A DNA stretch of 34,531 nt from Octopus bimaculoides (GCF_001194135.2 NC_068988.1:15845667-15880197); one strand, 5' to 3'; counted from the stretch's first letter, positions 1 to 11,939 are shown. Notes: generated by a model from the sequence alone, not told the origin. Made by a program: numbers and translations.

Positions 1-219
1 ACACCATTTCGAGCGTGGCCGTTTTCGTGCGGGTGACACGTAAAAGCACCCACTACACTCTCTGAGTGGTTGGCGTTAGGAAGGGCATCCAGCTGTAGAA
101 ACTCTGCCAAATCAGACTGGAGCCTGGTGTTGCCATCCGGTTTCACCAGTCCTCAGTCAAATCGTCCAACCCATGCTAGCATGGAAAGCGGACGTTAAAC
201 GATGATGATGATGATGATG
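1..219 (+). mobile_element. 3' end of an RTE-clade LINE (or a SINE sharing its tail), ending in (GAT)n; cut off by the window start
   Basis: Matches the reverse complement of the LINE 3'UTR at ~3278-3460 (GAGTGGTTGG..TTAGGAAGGGCATCCAGCTGTAGAAAC...CCATGCTAGCATGGAAAGCGGAC) and ends in GATGATGAT. Confidence 0.85.
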
Positions 220-233
220 ATATATATGTATAG

Positions 234-390
234 GACAAGCTTCTTTCAGTTCCGCCTACCAAATCAAAAGGCCTTGATCAGCCCAAGGTTATAGTAGAAG
301 ACACTTGCCCAAGGTGCCACGCGGTGGGACTGAACCCAGAACCATGTAGTTGGGAAGCAAGCCTCTTACCACACAACTACACCTGTGCCT
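234..390 (-). mobile_element. tRNA-derived CORE-type SINE, 5' part
   Basis: The minus strand reads GTGTGGTAAGAGGCTTGCTTCCCAAC...GGTTCAGTCCCA (A/B-box-like), then GGCACCTTGGGCAAGTGTCTT, which resembles the MIR CORE motif. Many copies occur in the window. Confidence 0.85.
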
Positions 391-743
391 ATATATATAT
401 AGATATATATTTAGAAGGTTGATTGTTATGGCCAGTCTGAGAGTGGCCGTTGGTATTGTACCTAAAAAGCACTTAGCTGTATAGGCAACTCATCAGACAC
501 AGATGGCTGGAGGCACATAACCTCTGTACAACTGGAGGGAGGAAAACATCTGAGGAAACATAGAGAAGTTATGTGCCCCTGGCTATTTGAGTCTCACAAG
601 TCACCTTTACAGGTAAGCGCTTTACAGGCATGAAACCAATGTCCATTCTCTGACCAGCCAAAACAATCAGCCTTCTAAATATATCCCTGCTCTAATATTT
701 TAGAGTGAGCTTCTCTTCAGAGATATGAACTGCTGACGATTTT

Positions 744-799
<56 letters not shown>

Positions 800-854
800 G
801 AGTGTGTATACACACACAAACACATGCACATACATACATACACACTCACACATA

Positions 855-891
<37 letters not shown>

Positions 892-1389
892 ACTTCATGA
901 TTGCTTTTACATAACTATGTAATCATATTTTTTGACAAGGGTCCAATTACATTTGATCCAGATGTCAAAACTAGAAAGGGTTAATATTACTTTATGTAAA
1001 GCGACTAACATATATAATCTTGATGAAAAGAGAAGAGAGCAAGGAGGAGGAGGAAGAGGAAAAGGAAGAGTACACAGCAGGACCAAGTAACAGAAGAAGA
1101 GAACCACATCACATCAAAAACAAGATCTATAACAAATAACAATGCAGTGTTATTACATTACTGAAGGAAAAGTGAGATTTTCTTACATATATATAATAGC
1201 CAAAGTTTTGTCTCGAGATCATTGCGTATTTCATTACTTGTTGTGCATGTACCTCTGTGTGTGTGTGTGTGTGCATGTGCATGTATGCACATATGAACAG
1301 CTATGTATGTGCAACCAAATATATATACATGCTTTTAACGCATAATATGAATTTTCAAAATAGACATTCAAATACAATCATACAGAAAC

Positions 1390-1423
<34 letters not shown>

Positions 1424-2074
1424 NNNNNNNNNNNNNNNNNNNNNNNNNNNNNNNNNNNNNNNNNNNNNNNNNNNNNNNNNNNNNNNNNNNNNNNNNNNNN
1501 NNNNNNNNNNNNNNNNNNNNNNNNNNNNNNNNNNNNNNNNNNNNNNNNNNNNNNNNNNNNNNNNNNNNNNNNNNNNNNNNNNNNNNNNNNNNNNNNNNNN
1601 NNNNNNNNNNNNNNNNNNNNNNNNNNNNNNNNNNNNNNNNNNNNNNNNNNNNNNNNNNNNNNNNNNNNNNNNNNNNNNNNNNNNNNNNNNNNNNNNNNNN
1701 NNNNNNNNNNNNNNNNNNNNNNNNNNNNNNNNNNNNNNNNNNNNNNNNNNNNNNNNNNNNNNNNNNNNNNNNNNNNNNNNNNNNNNNNNNNNNNNNNNNN
1801 NNNNNNNNNNNNNNNNNNNNNNNNNNNNNNNNNNNNNNNNNNNNNNNNNNNNNNNNNNNNNNNNNNNNNNNNNNNNNNNNNNNNNNNNNNNNNNNNNNNN
1901 NNNNNNNNNNNNNNNNNNNNNNNNNNNNNNNNNNNNNNNNNNNNNNNNNNNNNNNNNNNNNNNNNNNNNNNNNNNNNNNNNNNNNNNNNNNNNNNNNNNN
2001 NNNNNNNNNNNNNNNNNNNNNNNNNNNNNNNNNNNNNNNNNNNNNNNNNNNNNNNNNNNNNNNNNNNNNNNNNN
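1424..2074. other. Assembly gap (N) flanked by (TA)n
   Basis: Run of N with TA microsatellite on both sides. Confidence 0.99.
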
Positions 2075-2124
<50 letters not shown>

Positions 2125-2344
2125 GCAGTATAACTTTCGGGTTGCTAATGGAAATTAAATTAAACGTATAGCTGTAGGTAATAAGTTAATGCAGACCCAG
2201 TAATATATGCTAATCATGTATTTCTACATAGAAGGACATATATGTAGATATGTTAGCTGTGTGGGTTAAGTTGCATATCTTCAGAACCAACCTCAAAGTA
2301 GATATTACTACCAATAGTACTTTAGGGTCAAGATTGCAGGAGTC

Positions 2345-2800
2345 TTTACAGGATGCAGACAGTTGTGTAAAGAAGTGTTGATCACTTAAATACTTAGAGT
2401 GGAGGAAAGTTGCAGAAGGGGGAGACTCAGGATGACACGGGACAAAGAGAACACTGAACCTTACAGAGGAGATGACTGAGGACTGAGATATGTGGTGCAT
2501 TGCTGTACTTAAGACTTGCCCACCAAGACAGAATTGAGATCCTAAAACCAAGGTGCTATGTAAAAAGCATCGATGTGGGTGCTGGTGCCATGTTAAAAGC
2601 ACTGGTGTTTGTGCCACATAAAAAGCACTGATGAAGGTACCATGTAAAAGGCACCCAGTACACTGTGTGGAGTGGTTGAAATTAGGAGGGGCTTCCAGCT
2701 GTAGAAATCAAGCCAAAACAGACTATGGAACCAATTCCTGTCAAGCTGTCCAACCCATACCAGCATGGAAAACAGATGCTAAATGTTGATGATGATGATG
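2345..2800 (+). mobile_element. Degenerate RTE-clade LINE 3' fragment (ORF2 C-terminus plus 3'UTR)
   Basis: Translates with stops to DADSCVKKC...RTLNLTEEMTED, homologous to DEDNCVKKC...RTLGLTEAMTSD at 3927-4280. It ends CCAACCCATACCAGCATGGAAAACAGATG and (GAT)n. Confidence 0.75.
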
Positions 2801-3277
2801 GTGTTCTGTAGTGCACCCAACTGATATAGCACCCCATAGATAAGTGGTTAAACTTCACCCAATAGGTTCTGTAGTTCTAGAGATGATGATGTTACAGTAA
2901 TGCTAAAACCAATTAGTTGGAACCAGCAAAAGATTTTCACATATAATTACTACAGATCTAAGATTCAGTAGACTAGCATCATTGTCAATAATTTTCTTCT
3001 GAAATTCAAAGAAAATTATCTAAAGATAGAAATATTTTGACAAACAATTAACTAAAACATCACAGATTTCAGTGATAAATAATTTGAATACACAAGTTAT
3101 ATGGCATAACATTTTGGTCCCAGTACTTACTCTTTATAAAATCTGGTACTTATTCTGTTAGTCTCATTTGCTGAACTGTTAAGTAGCAAAAATGTAAACG
3201 ACCACAATCCAACACTGGTTTTCAATCAGTGATGTAGGACACACACATACACAAAGATATATATATATATATATATC

Positions 3278-4337
3278 TCATCATCATCATCGTCATTGTT
3301 TAATGTCCGCTTTCCATGCTAGCATGGGTTCGACGATTTGACTGAGGACTGGCAAGCCAGATGGCTGCACCAAGCTCCAATTTGATCTGGTAGAGTTTCT
3401 ACAGCTGGATGCCCTTCCTAACACCAACCACTCCGAGAGTGTAGTGACTGCTTTTACATGCCACTGGTACGAGGGCCAGTCAGGCAGTACTGGCAATAGC
3501 CACACTCAAATGGTGTTTTTTATGTACCCCCTGCACAGGAGCCAGTCCAGCAGCACTGGCAACGACCTCTCTTGAATGTTTTTTCACGTGCCACCAGCAC
3601 AAGTGCCAGTAAGGCAACGCTGGTAATGATCACGCTCAAATGGTGCTATTTACATGCCACTGGCATGGAAGCCAGACAGCTGCTCTGGCAATGATCATGC
3701 TTGGATGGTGCTGTTAGCGCTCCACTGGCACGGGTGCCAGTCATCGAATTTGGTTCAATTACGATTTCGATTTCACTTGCCCCAACAGGTCTTCGCAAGC
3801 AGAGTTTAGTATCCAATGAAGGAAAGGTACGCATAAGTGGGCTGGCTACACCCCTGGCAAAGGCCATGGGTTATGGTCTCACTTGGCTTTCCAGGTCTTC
3901 TCAGGTACAGCATATTTCCAAAGGTCTCAGTCACTAGTCATTGCCTCGGTGAGGCCCAATGTTCGAAGGTCGTGCCTCACCACTTCATTCCAGGTCTTCC
4001 TGGGTCTATCTCTTCCACAGGTTCCCTCAACCGCTAGGGTGTGGCACTTTTTCACACAATTATCCTCATCCATTCTCATCACATGACCATACCAGCGCAA
4101 TCGCCTCTCTTGCACACCACAACTGATGCTTCTTAGGTCCAACTTTTCACTCAAGGTACTTAAACTCTGTCGAGTATGCACACTGGCATTACATATCCAT
4201 CGGAGCATACTGGCTTCATTCCTTGCGAACTTATGCATGTCCTCAGCAGTCACGGCCCATGTTTCACTGCCATGTAGCATGGCTGTTCGTACACATGCGT
4301 CATAGAGTCTGCCTTTTACTCTGAGTGAGAGGCCCTA
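3278..4337 (-). mobile_element. 5'-truncated RTE-clade LINE (ORF2 C-terminus, 3'UTR with tandem units, (GAT)n tail)
   Basis: ORF 3927-4280: LHGSETW...EASMLRW...QERRLRWYGHVMRMDE...GRDRPRKTWNEVVRHDL, a typical RTE ORF2 C-terminus. The tail appears as (TCA)n at 3278-3292 on the + strand. Confidence 0.92.
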
Positions 4338-4368
4338 GATAGATAGATAGACAGAGAGGTAGAAATAC

Positions 4369-4530
4369 AAGAGTTTCTTTCAGTTTTGTTCAACCAAAAC
4401 CAGTCACAAGGCTATGGTTGGTGTGGGGCTATAGGTGAAGATACTTGTCGAAAGTGCTGCGCAGTGGGACTGAACCCCAAAAGCATGTGGTTGGGAAGCA
4501 AACTTCTTACATTACTTCCATGCCTGTGCC
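4369..4530 (-). mobile_element. CORE-type tRNA SINE copy
   Basis: Homologous to 234-390 (CAGTGGGACTGAACCC...ATGTGGTTGGGAAGCAAACTTCTTAC). Confidence 0.8.
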
Positions 4531-4947
4531 TATAAATGACCACTAAAAATAAAGTGAAATAAAAACAATTAAAAAGAAATCCACTTTAGCAAGAGGACTA
4601 ATGATTTATACTCGACAGAAATCAAACTACTAACTGTCAATTATGAAATATACTGACAAACAAACCAAACATTGCGGATAGAAAAAGAAAGAAAAGAAAA
4701 TCAAAGACACGGGAAAAAAAAAAAAACTGATGATGATGAAGTGGCAATTTAGATGGTTTAATTACGTGTCAATGTATAAGCAAGACTTTTTTTTATAATT
4801 GTTTTTGCTGAAACATTTAAAATAAAGTTATCTTAGCTGTTTCTTTTACACCTAAATTTCACTGCATCTTGTCCTCATATATGTATGTATATGGAGAAGC
4901 ACACACACAAAATCTATCAATCTATCTGTGTATACACACACACACAC

Positions 4948-4992
<45 letters not shown>

Positions 4993-5342
4993 CACACACA
5001 CATACCCACACACCATATTATGCTTACACATTTTCTGACTGATTGATAATAGATACATTTACATTTTAAGACGTCTGTTATTAAATGAATATAGATTAAG
5101 GTATATGTGTGTATGAGTATTTCTTGGTAGTAACCAGTAGAACATAAACTTAGGGCAAGACCAAACTATGTACAAGTTTTGACTCTTTGCTATTATTTCA
5201 TTTGACTGATGTTGCTGATATAATTTGAAAAGGCATCAGCATCACACTTCAAATACTCTCTTTTCTATAAAGCTTACTTTTTGTGGTGAGAGGGTACAGC
5301 TGTGGTATTGCTCCAGCGAAATCTATGCTATAATAATAGAAG

Positions 5343-5800
5343 TTCATCCATCCATCTTCTCTGCCTACCACTCATGGGAGCGTCATGGGAATAAAGTCCT
5401 CAGGTACCTCCTCCATGGGGTACCTCCTCCATGGGGTCCAATCATTACACTTTCTGGCTGGATTCCCAAGCGGAACCAATTGAGACTCTGGATATTATCC
5501 AACCATCTCATACTTGGTCTACTCCTTGGTCTCCTGCCAGTTGACTCACTTTGAAGTACATGTCTTGTGATACTCTCCTGAGACATTCTAATCAAATCTC
5601 CATAATAATGGAGCAGTGAGTTCTCAATGCAAAGAAGCATCTCCTTGACCTGGTCAGACTCCTTGATTGCCAAGCTACATATCCAGTTGAGTAATGTTAC
5701 TCCAAAGGTCCTTCAGAGGAACACCATTTCAGCTACTTGCATTTTCAGTAGTATTTTATTGGATATTAACCAACATTCATGACCATAAGTGGGGAAAGGT
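5343..5800 (-). mobile_element. RTE-clade (Rex3/Expander-like) LINE 3' fragment with (ATGG)n tail
   Basis: The minus strand gives TYGHECW...MQVAEMVFL and then ORF 5383-5673 with LLHYYGDLIRM...TGRRPRSRPSMRWLD. It ends GAAGATGGATGGATG. Confidence 0.8.
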
Positions 5801-6489
5801 ATGAAAGTCGAATTGAAGATAGCAAGTTTGGCTTTTTTTTTTTTACCAAACTCTCCTCTTCTGTGGATTGAATAGAGGCATTCCAGCTACGTGAAAGACA
5901 GTATCTTTTAAATTGCCTGAAAGTTTTTTTCTATCTAGTCAGTACTGAAAACTATGTATGGTTCCAATTTTATAGGCATTCAAACTGGGGGAAGTGGGAA
6001 GATGGATTTGAGGATTTCACTAAATTTAGAGCCATATCTAATCTCTAATATCTTAAGGCAGACATTCAACTTTGAAACTTTATACAAGCAGCTTACTTCA
6101 GGAATACATTACAAATAAATAAAGTCCTTGCCAACTATTTTCCAGGCAGTCTTAAATATAAGAAAAAACATTGAAATGCAAGATTTTGGAGGATTTTGGC
6201 ACTCGGTAAAATAATTTTAGGTAATTAAGCCTATTATATCCTGAAGTAGATATAGATGTCTATTAAACTACCATAATTCAGACATTGAAAAGAAATATCT
6301 AGAACTGGAATTATTAATCACTGAATAGTGGCCCAAGGCTCAAATGGAGTTTGTACTCTTTGGATAGTGAACAAACCAAGTGTTCTGTTTCCTTCCCTCT
6401 GTCTCCACCTCTACTATAGCCCAGTCAAGGGGGATCTAAGTCTTGCAAGCTTCATGGTGACCTCATTAGTGCTAGTGCTACAAGAAGAG

Positions 6490-6655
6490 AGAAAAAAAGC
6501 ACCCAGTACACACAGTAAAATGGTTGGTATTATAAAGGGCATTGAGATGTAGAAACTATGTTAAAGCAGATATTGAAGCATGATGCGGTTATTGGTCCAG
6601 TTGGATCCTGTCAAGTTGTACAATCCATGCCAGCATGGTATGAGGGTGATGAAGA
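6490..6655 (+). mobile_element. Degenerate RTE-tail fragment
   Basis: CACCCAGTACAC...TGGTTGGTATT..AAAGGGCAT...TGTAGAAAC...CCATGCCAGCATGG, homologous to 1-219. Confidence 0.6.
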
Positions 6656-6695
6656 AATATATACATACGTACACACACATATATATATATATATA

Positions 6696-7526
6696 GGAAA
6701 ATGAAAAATAATAATAAGGTAGAATGCTAAACTGGAAGCATATTTTAATAAAGATTTCTAACCGGCTTTCATTGCATAGCAAATTTTCAAGAAGAGGGAG
6801 AATGAAAATGTTTTTTACAAAGAAGTACAAAATGAAGAAAATAATATATAAAAAAAATAATATATAAAAAAATAAATGTACCAATACATTATATTGTCTT
6901 TGAGCTTTTAAAGTTCAATGGTAACTCATGTATATAATGGTTGGTAAAATAAGGATGCATGAGAAATGAGAGCTGTGTTAGGTTTAAAAGAAGGGCTAAA
7001 AGTTTGTGTTAAGCAGGAAGTGTGGTGTCAAAACAGGAAGTGTGTGTAAGGGGAGACAAATGTTTTTAGTTGGAGTTATGAACTCTTTTTTTCAACATTT
7101 GTCTCCCCTTACACACACTTCCTGTTTTGANNNNNNNNNNATAACTCCAACTAAAAACATTTGTCTCCCCTTACACACACTTCCTGTTTTGAAACCACAC
7201 TTCCTGCTTAACACAAACTTTTAACCCTTTTTTTAAACTTAACACAACTCTCAATTCTCATGCATCCTTATTTTTCCAACCATTATATACATGAATTACC
7301 ATTGAACTTCAAAAGCTCAAAACAATATAATGTATTGGTATATTTATTTTTTTATATATCATTTTTTTTTTAATATATTATTTTCTTCATTTTGTACTTC
7401 TTTGTAAAAAACATTTTCATTCTCCCTCTTCTTGAAAATTTGCTATGCAATGAAAGCCGGTTAGAAATCTTTATTAAAATATGCTTCCAGTTTAGCATGC
7501 TACCTTATTATTATTTTTCATTTTCC
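6696..7526. mobile_element. Long palindromic (foldback/MITE-like) element flanked by TA, with a 10-N gap near its centre
   Basis: 6696 GGAAAATGAAAAATAATAATAAGGTAG... is the reverse complement of ...TACCTTATTATTATTTTTCATTTTCC 7526. The arms are ~370 bp or more with scattered substitutions, and TA lies on both flanks. Confidence 0.7.
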
Positions 7527-7571
7527 TATTATTTCTCCACGTGCGGTTAACACAACCCCACTATTTACTGA

Positions 7572-7606
<35 letters not shown>

Positions 7607-7619
7607 ATAAATATATGTG

Positions 7620-7837
7620 TGTGTATGATGAGCAGATAAGTGACCCAATGCTATGGATGCCAAAGCATGGCCATACTTGGGAAAGTTGTTTGAAAACAAC
7701 ATATGTAGATCAACACACCAGAAACACTGGACACCTCCTTGAAGACCTCCCTCAGCTAATTCAGGACCAAGATGGATGGTGTGTGCAAGTTAAAAATGTC
7801 TAAGCAAGCTTGATCAGATGCTGCTGCTGCTGATGAT
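7620..7837 (+). mobile_element. 3' end of a different RTE-clade LINE family
   Basis: Translates to ISDPMLWMPKHGH...KTTYVDQ..RNTG..LEDLPQLIQDQDGW, matching the RTE C-terminal pattern LLW.PKHG...TYIDQL..DTG...EDLP..M.DR.GW. It ends in a GCT/GAT repeat tail. Confidence 0.7.
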
Positions 7838-8164
7838 AAGCATCTTCCAGTTTCCATCAACCAAATTTGACTCCCAAAGTAGTTAGAGATACTGTGTCCA
7901 CACACTGGAAATTAACACAAAGCCACATGGCTCTGAAATGAAATTCTTTACCATGTGGCCATGCTTTCTAAGATTAAATACAAAGAATTTGTATTTGGCA
8001 AAAGAAACATTACCAGAGTGTTGTATCAAATACTGACAATGGTAAATCATAGAGGAGGTGGAGAAAGATTAGAAATGTCTAGCAGAAAAGAAATTTCTTT
8101 TGTTTTTTAATTAATTTGTTATGAATGCCAGGCATGAACTGCTTTGTGTTTTCATTAAGAGCTC

Positions 8165-8400
8165 AAATAATTGAATGTATTGGTAACGATATCATTGATA
8201 TTGATAACAATGATGATGACAATATTGGAAATGATATCACTGATGATGATGGTAATGATACTGTTGATAATAATACTAATGATGATGGTGATGATAGTAT
8301 TGGTAAGGATATGCCTGATCTGATGATAATAACACTATCGATAATGATATCATTGATGATGATAATGATGAGGATATTATAGGAAATTACATCAATAACA
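8165..8400. repeat. Degenerate (GAT/AAT)n low-complexity tract
   Basis: Imperfect trinucleotide repeats explain the D/N/I-rich ORF at 8125-8382. Confidence 0.85.
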
Positions 8401-8761
8401 ATAATGATTAAAAATCACCAATGGAAATTCAACATGGAACAATGAAGTTACAGGAAAAAGGGAGCTGATATCTCTGATAGTGATGCCTTTCCAAAGAACA
8501 ATAAATACAATATAAATAAAACTTCTGATATAAAGACCCATGACATCAATCATAAACTACATTCCCCCTCCGAAACTCAATATATCATATGGTCATAGTA
8601 ATAAAAATAATGATGATAAGATTGATGAGGTTAATTTCTTTTAATTAAGTACAAGGCTAGTTAATTAAATTAGACATCTGATATAAATTAGTACTTAATT
8701 AATTCAGCCTTAATTGATAAAACACAAAGTCAACACTAAGAAGGGACATTTTTTTTCCTCA

Positions 8762-9188
8762 TGTACTCTTTACCATGTTTCAGTCACTGGACTGTAGTCA
8801 TACTGGAGCAACAACTAGAATTTATTTATTATTATTTTTTTTGTACTTCTGTCAATCAACCCTTTTTGTTACCATATTTCTACAGAAATAAACTACTTTT
8901 GTTTTCAAATGATTTTTAAAATAATGAACTATTTTAATGAAGAATTTAATAAAATAACTTTGTCTTTAATGAGATGGTGTTTGATGCATGAATTAACATT
9001 AAATTGTGATGGATGGTTTTAATTTAAATCACTTTAAAATAAGATGGTTTATACCATAGAACCAGGAGTGGTCTCATAGAACTGGGCAGGTTGGTATCAA
9101 AAAAGTTAATACCTACTTATTTTATCAGTTACTTTTCTATTGAACTACTAATTATAGGGATGTAAACAAACCAATACCAGTTGTCAAA
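8762..9188 (-). mobile_element. SINE 3' half interrupted by a MITE
   Basis: 8762-8820 and 9110-9188 align in order to the SINE 3' half at 15795-15968. Confidence 0.65.
8860..9105. mobile_element. piggyBac-like MITE
   Basis: Termini TCAA|CCCTTTTTGTTACCA ... TGGTATCAAAAAAG|TTAA: imperfect terminal inverted repeats (TIRs) with TTAA-like flanks. Confidence 0.6.
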
Positions 9189-10299
9189 TGGGATTTAAAC
9201 TCAGAAGGTAAAGAGCTGGAAAAAATACCACAAGGCATTTTTTCTACTGTTCTAAAGAATCTACCAATCCATCACCTTATCATCATCATTTTAATGTCCA
9301 GTTTTCCAGGTAGGTCTTTTAGGGCGCATGGCCTTCCAGTTGCCTACCCTCTCCTGTTACCAAGATTTGAACTTTGTTTGCAGAGTGTCAGAAACAACAG
9401 CTAATTTCTACTGGTGAAAATGCTCAAAAAAGGAAGCTGACTTCTGCAAGGAAAGAGACTTCCTTTAGTGTGGGGGTCCCTAATCACTGGGCTGCAGATT
9501 GTAGGCTGTAGTTAGACCTGGGTTTTAAATGTGGACAATGCCACACATCCCCGAGATGCATCTACTGACCCACATTTGATTCATATGAGTGTAGTGGTGC
9601 AAGACTGATCCTAACCTCCTAGACACCTGTCTCAAGAGGACAATCACAAAGAGGAACTGGAGCCCAAGAGGCACACAAGCCCAGTCCTGAAAGCATGACT
9701 TTTGGCTGTTGCTGGGCATTGGGACTCCACAGTTGGTGATTCACAGCAGCTCAAAATGGTACTCTGCTATGCAAAGTAGTAGCTAGCTCATGTTTGGAGG
9801 AAGCATCTGGATATAGCACTTCCTTGAGGTAGGCTTTGAAATTCTATCACGTTCTACCCATATGTGTGGACCCGTCAGTTAATGACTCTCTGAGATGTCA
9901 TACAAAGTTCAGACAGCCTTCAAAGTACAGCACACAAAATTACAATGTTGACTGAATCAAACATGGGCTTTTGGCATTGTTTCTTTACCTACATGTAGAA
10001 GGACCAATCTGGCACGATTGTACCTTCCTGACACAGCTACTACCATGAGTATAAGCTCTCTTAGTGTGACAAGGTCATACCTTTCATAACCTACTACAGA
10101 CTATAGCCCAGGGTTAATTAATGCTTTGTTAGTGGGTTTTGTTAAATGGAAAGCGATCAGAAGCCCACCGTGTGTGCGTGTGTTCATATTAACACTACTG
10201 GGACAGCAGTAACACTTCTTCACATCTTACATAAACAGAGTCTGGCAGCTTGACAGGTTAATATGTGAAAATGTGGAATAAAGTATCTTAGCTGAAAAC

Positions 10300-10445
10300 A
10301 TAAGGGTTGGCACCAAAAAGGGCATCTGGTTGTAGAATACTGCCTGAAAGTATCTCATGCAAACCATGTCAGCCTGGGAAAAGCCAGCATAAAAAGCAAA
10401 GTTTCTGCCACTGTTGCTGCTGATAATGATAATGATGCTGATGAT
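10300..10445 (+). mobile_element. Degenerate RTE-tail fragment
   Basis: GGTTGGCACCAAAAAGGGCATCTGGTTGTAGAA...AACCATGTCAGCCTGGGAAAAG followed by GAT/AAT repeats. Confidence 0.55.
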
Positions 10446-10599
10446 GACTAAAATAAGAGACACATATTTTTTTTTTTTTTTTACAGGCCATTGCTAGAAA
10501 TTTGAAGACAACTAGTTAGATATCTATAGCTATTTCTATCAAGTAAGTTAATTACCACTAGATTAGGGTTCTATATTTGGATTCTAGATGAGAACAACA

Positions 10600-10880
10600 A
10601 CAACAATGAAGATAATGATTGAGATGATGATGATGATGATAATATTAATGACCATTTGTAAAGGGTCAATCTGTAGTGGGAAAAGATTAAAAATAATAAT
10701 AATGATAATAATAATAATAATAATAATGATGATGATGATGATGATGATGATGATAATAATAATAATTAATTTTTTTTATTGGCCACAAGGGCTAAATAAT
10801 AATGATGATGATGATAATAATGATAATAATAATAATAATGATGATGATGATGATGATGATGATAATAATAATAGTGATAA
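10600..10880. repeat. Compound (ATG)n/(ATA)n microsatellite
   Basis: Directly visible; it explains the poly-M/I/D/N/H ORFs. Confidence 0.95.
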
Positions 10881-11332
10881 AATGATAAAATAAAATGAAA
10901 TAAAACCCAACTGTATTGATATTTTATCTTTGGTTTATAAATAAACAAAATGAAATTTAACTGGCAACAGCTTTTTCTTCCTTCCATGCTCTTGTGCCAT
11001 CATTATTGACAGCAATCAGGGTTTTAAAACTGGCATTTATTTTAATCCTTCTTAGGTAAGAGGTTTTTCTGTCTTGGCACTGCAACCATGTTGATTTTTC
11101 ACTTGTCACATGCAGCATTTGCTACTATGCTACTATTCCTTTTGTGTGTGTGTGTATCTGTGAGCTTGTAGTTGCAGTGAAAGAAACAAAGCACTCAACA
11201 CCATAAAGTAGAGCATGAATTTAAGTTAGCCAGTTGAAACCACTACTAACAACTACTGGGGATTTTTTTTGCATTTTGAAAGTCAGACTAAGAAACTGCA
11301 AGTAGTTGCCAGTATTGGTTTCATACACACAC

Positions 11333-11512
11333 ATCATCATCATCATCATCATTTAATATCCGTTTTCCATGCTGGCATGGATGGTTTGACTGAAAACTAG
11401 TAAGCTGGGGCCTGCACCAGGTTTCAATCTTATTTGGGACAGTTTCAACAGCTGGATACTCTTCCTAATGCCAACCACTCCAAGAGTGTAGTGGGTGCTT
11501 TTTATGTGTCAT
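11333..11512 (-). mobile_element. RTE-tail fragment with (CAT)n
   Basis: (CAT)n-TTTAATATCCGTTTTCCATGCTGGCATGG...CTTCCTAATGCCAACCACTCC...GTAGTGGGTGCTTTTTA. Confidence 0.8.
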
Positions 11513-11644
11513 TTATACACACACACACACACATGTATATACACACATACAGTCAACCAAATTACACATGTAAACCTTTGTTGTAGATATACAAACAAAG
11601 GAAATTTAACTATTTCTCCATAGATAGAAACAAAAATGAATGAT

Positions 11645-11684
11645 CTGAACTGGTTTTTGAACCTTATTAGGTTCTCATCAGAGA
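11645..11684 (-). ncRNA. Decayed minimal type-I hammerhead-ribozyme-like motif
   Basis: Minus strand: TCT-CTGATGA-GAACC-TAATAA-GGTTC-AAA-AACCAGTT-C-AGA. The core and a 5-bp helix II are intact; G12 and one G of the AACCGGTT palindrome read A. Confidence 0.55.
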
Positions 11685-11721
11685 AGGGTAGGGCAAACAT
11701 AGACTCAAAAATACACACATA

Positions 11722-11870
11722 CAATGGGCTTCTTTCAGTTCCTGCTTACCCCTTGCAAGGCTATTATTGCCCTTAAGCTATAGCAAAAGACACTTGTTTA
11801 AGGTGCCTTGGAGTGGGACTGAACTTAATGCTATGTAGTTGGGAAGCAAACTTCTAAACCACACAGTCAT
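11722..11870 (-). mobile_element. CORE-type SINE copy
   Basis: Homologous to 234-390. Confidence 0.8.
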
Positions 11871-11939
11871 GCCAACACCAATGAATGTGTGTGTGTGTAT
11901 GTGTGCATGTATACCACACAGCCATAGTTACTCACAGTT

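Noticed and set aside
470-505. CTGATGA core with a possible helix II on the minus strand
   Set aside because: Followed by TAAG rather than GAAA, and no helix I; too degenerate.
466-612. Open frame ending at a CAG|GTAAGC donor
   Set aside because: Weak acceptor, no recognisable protein, and it lies between repeats.
692-724. CTGAAGA...AATATT hammerhead-like pattern on the minus strand
   Set aside because: Helix II is only 2 bp and G12 is replaced by T; compatible with chance.
1257-2171. Long ORFs spanning N runs (also 12925-14069 and 24423-24811)
   Set aside because: Artefacts of N gaps and TA/CA microsatellites.
8125-8382. D/N-rich ORF (also ORFs at 10588-10987)
   Set aside because: Translation of trinucleotide microsatellites.
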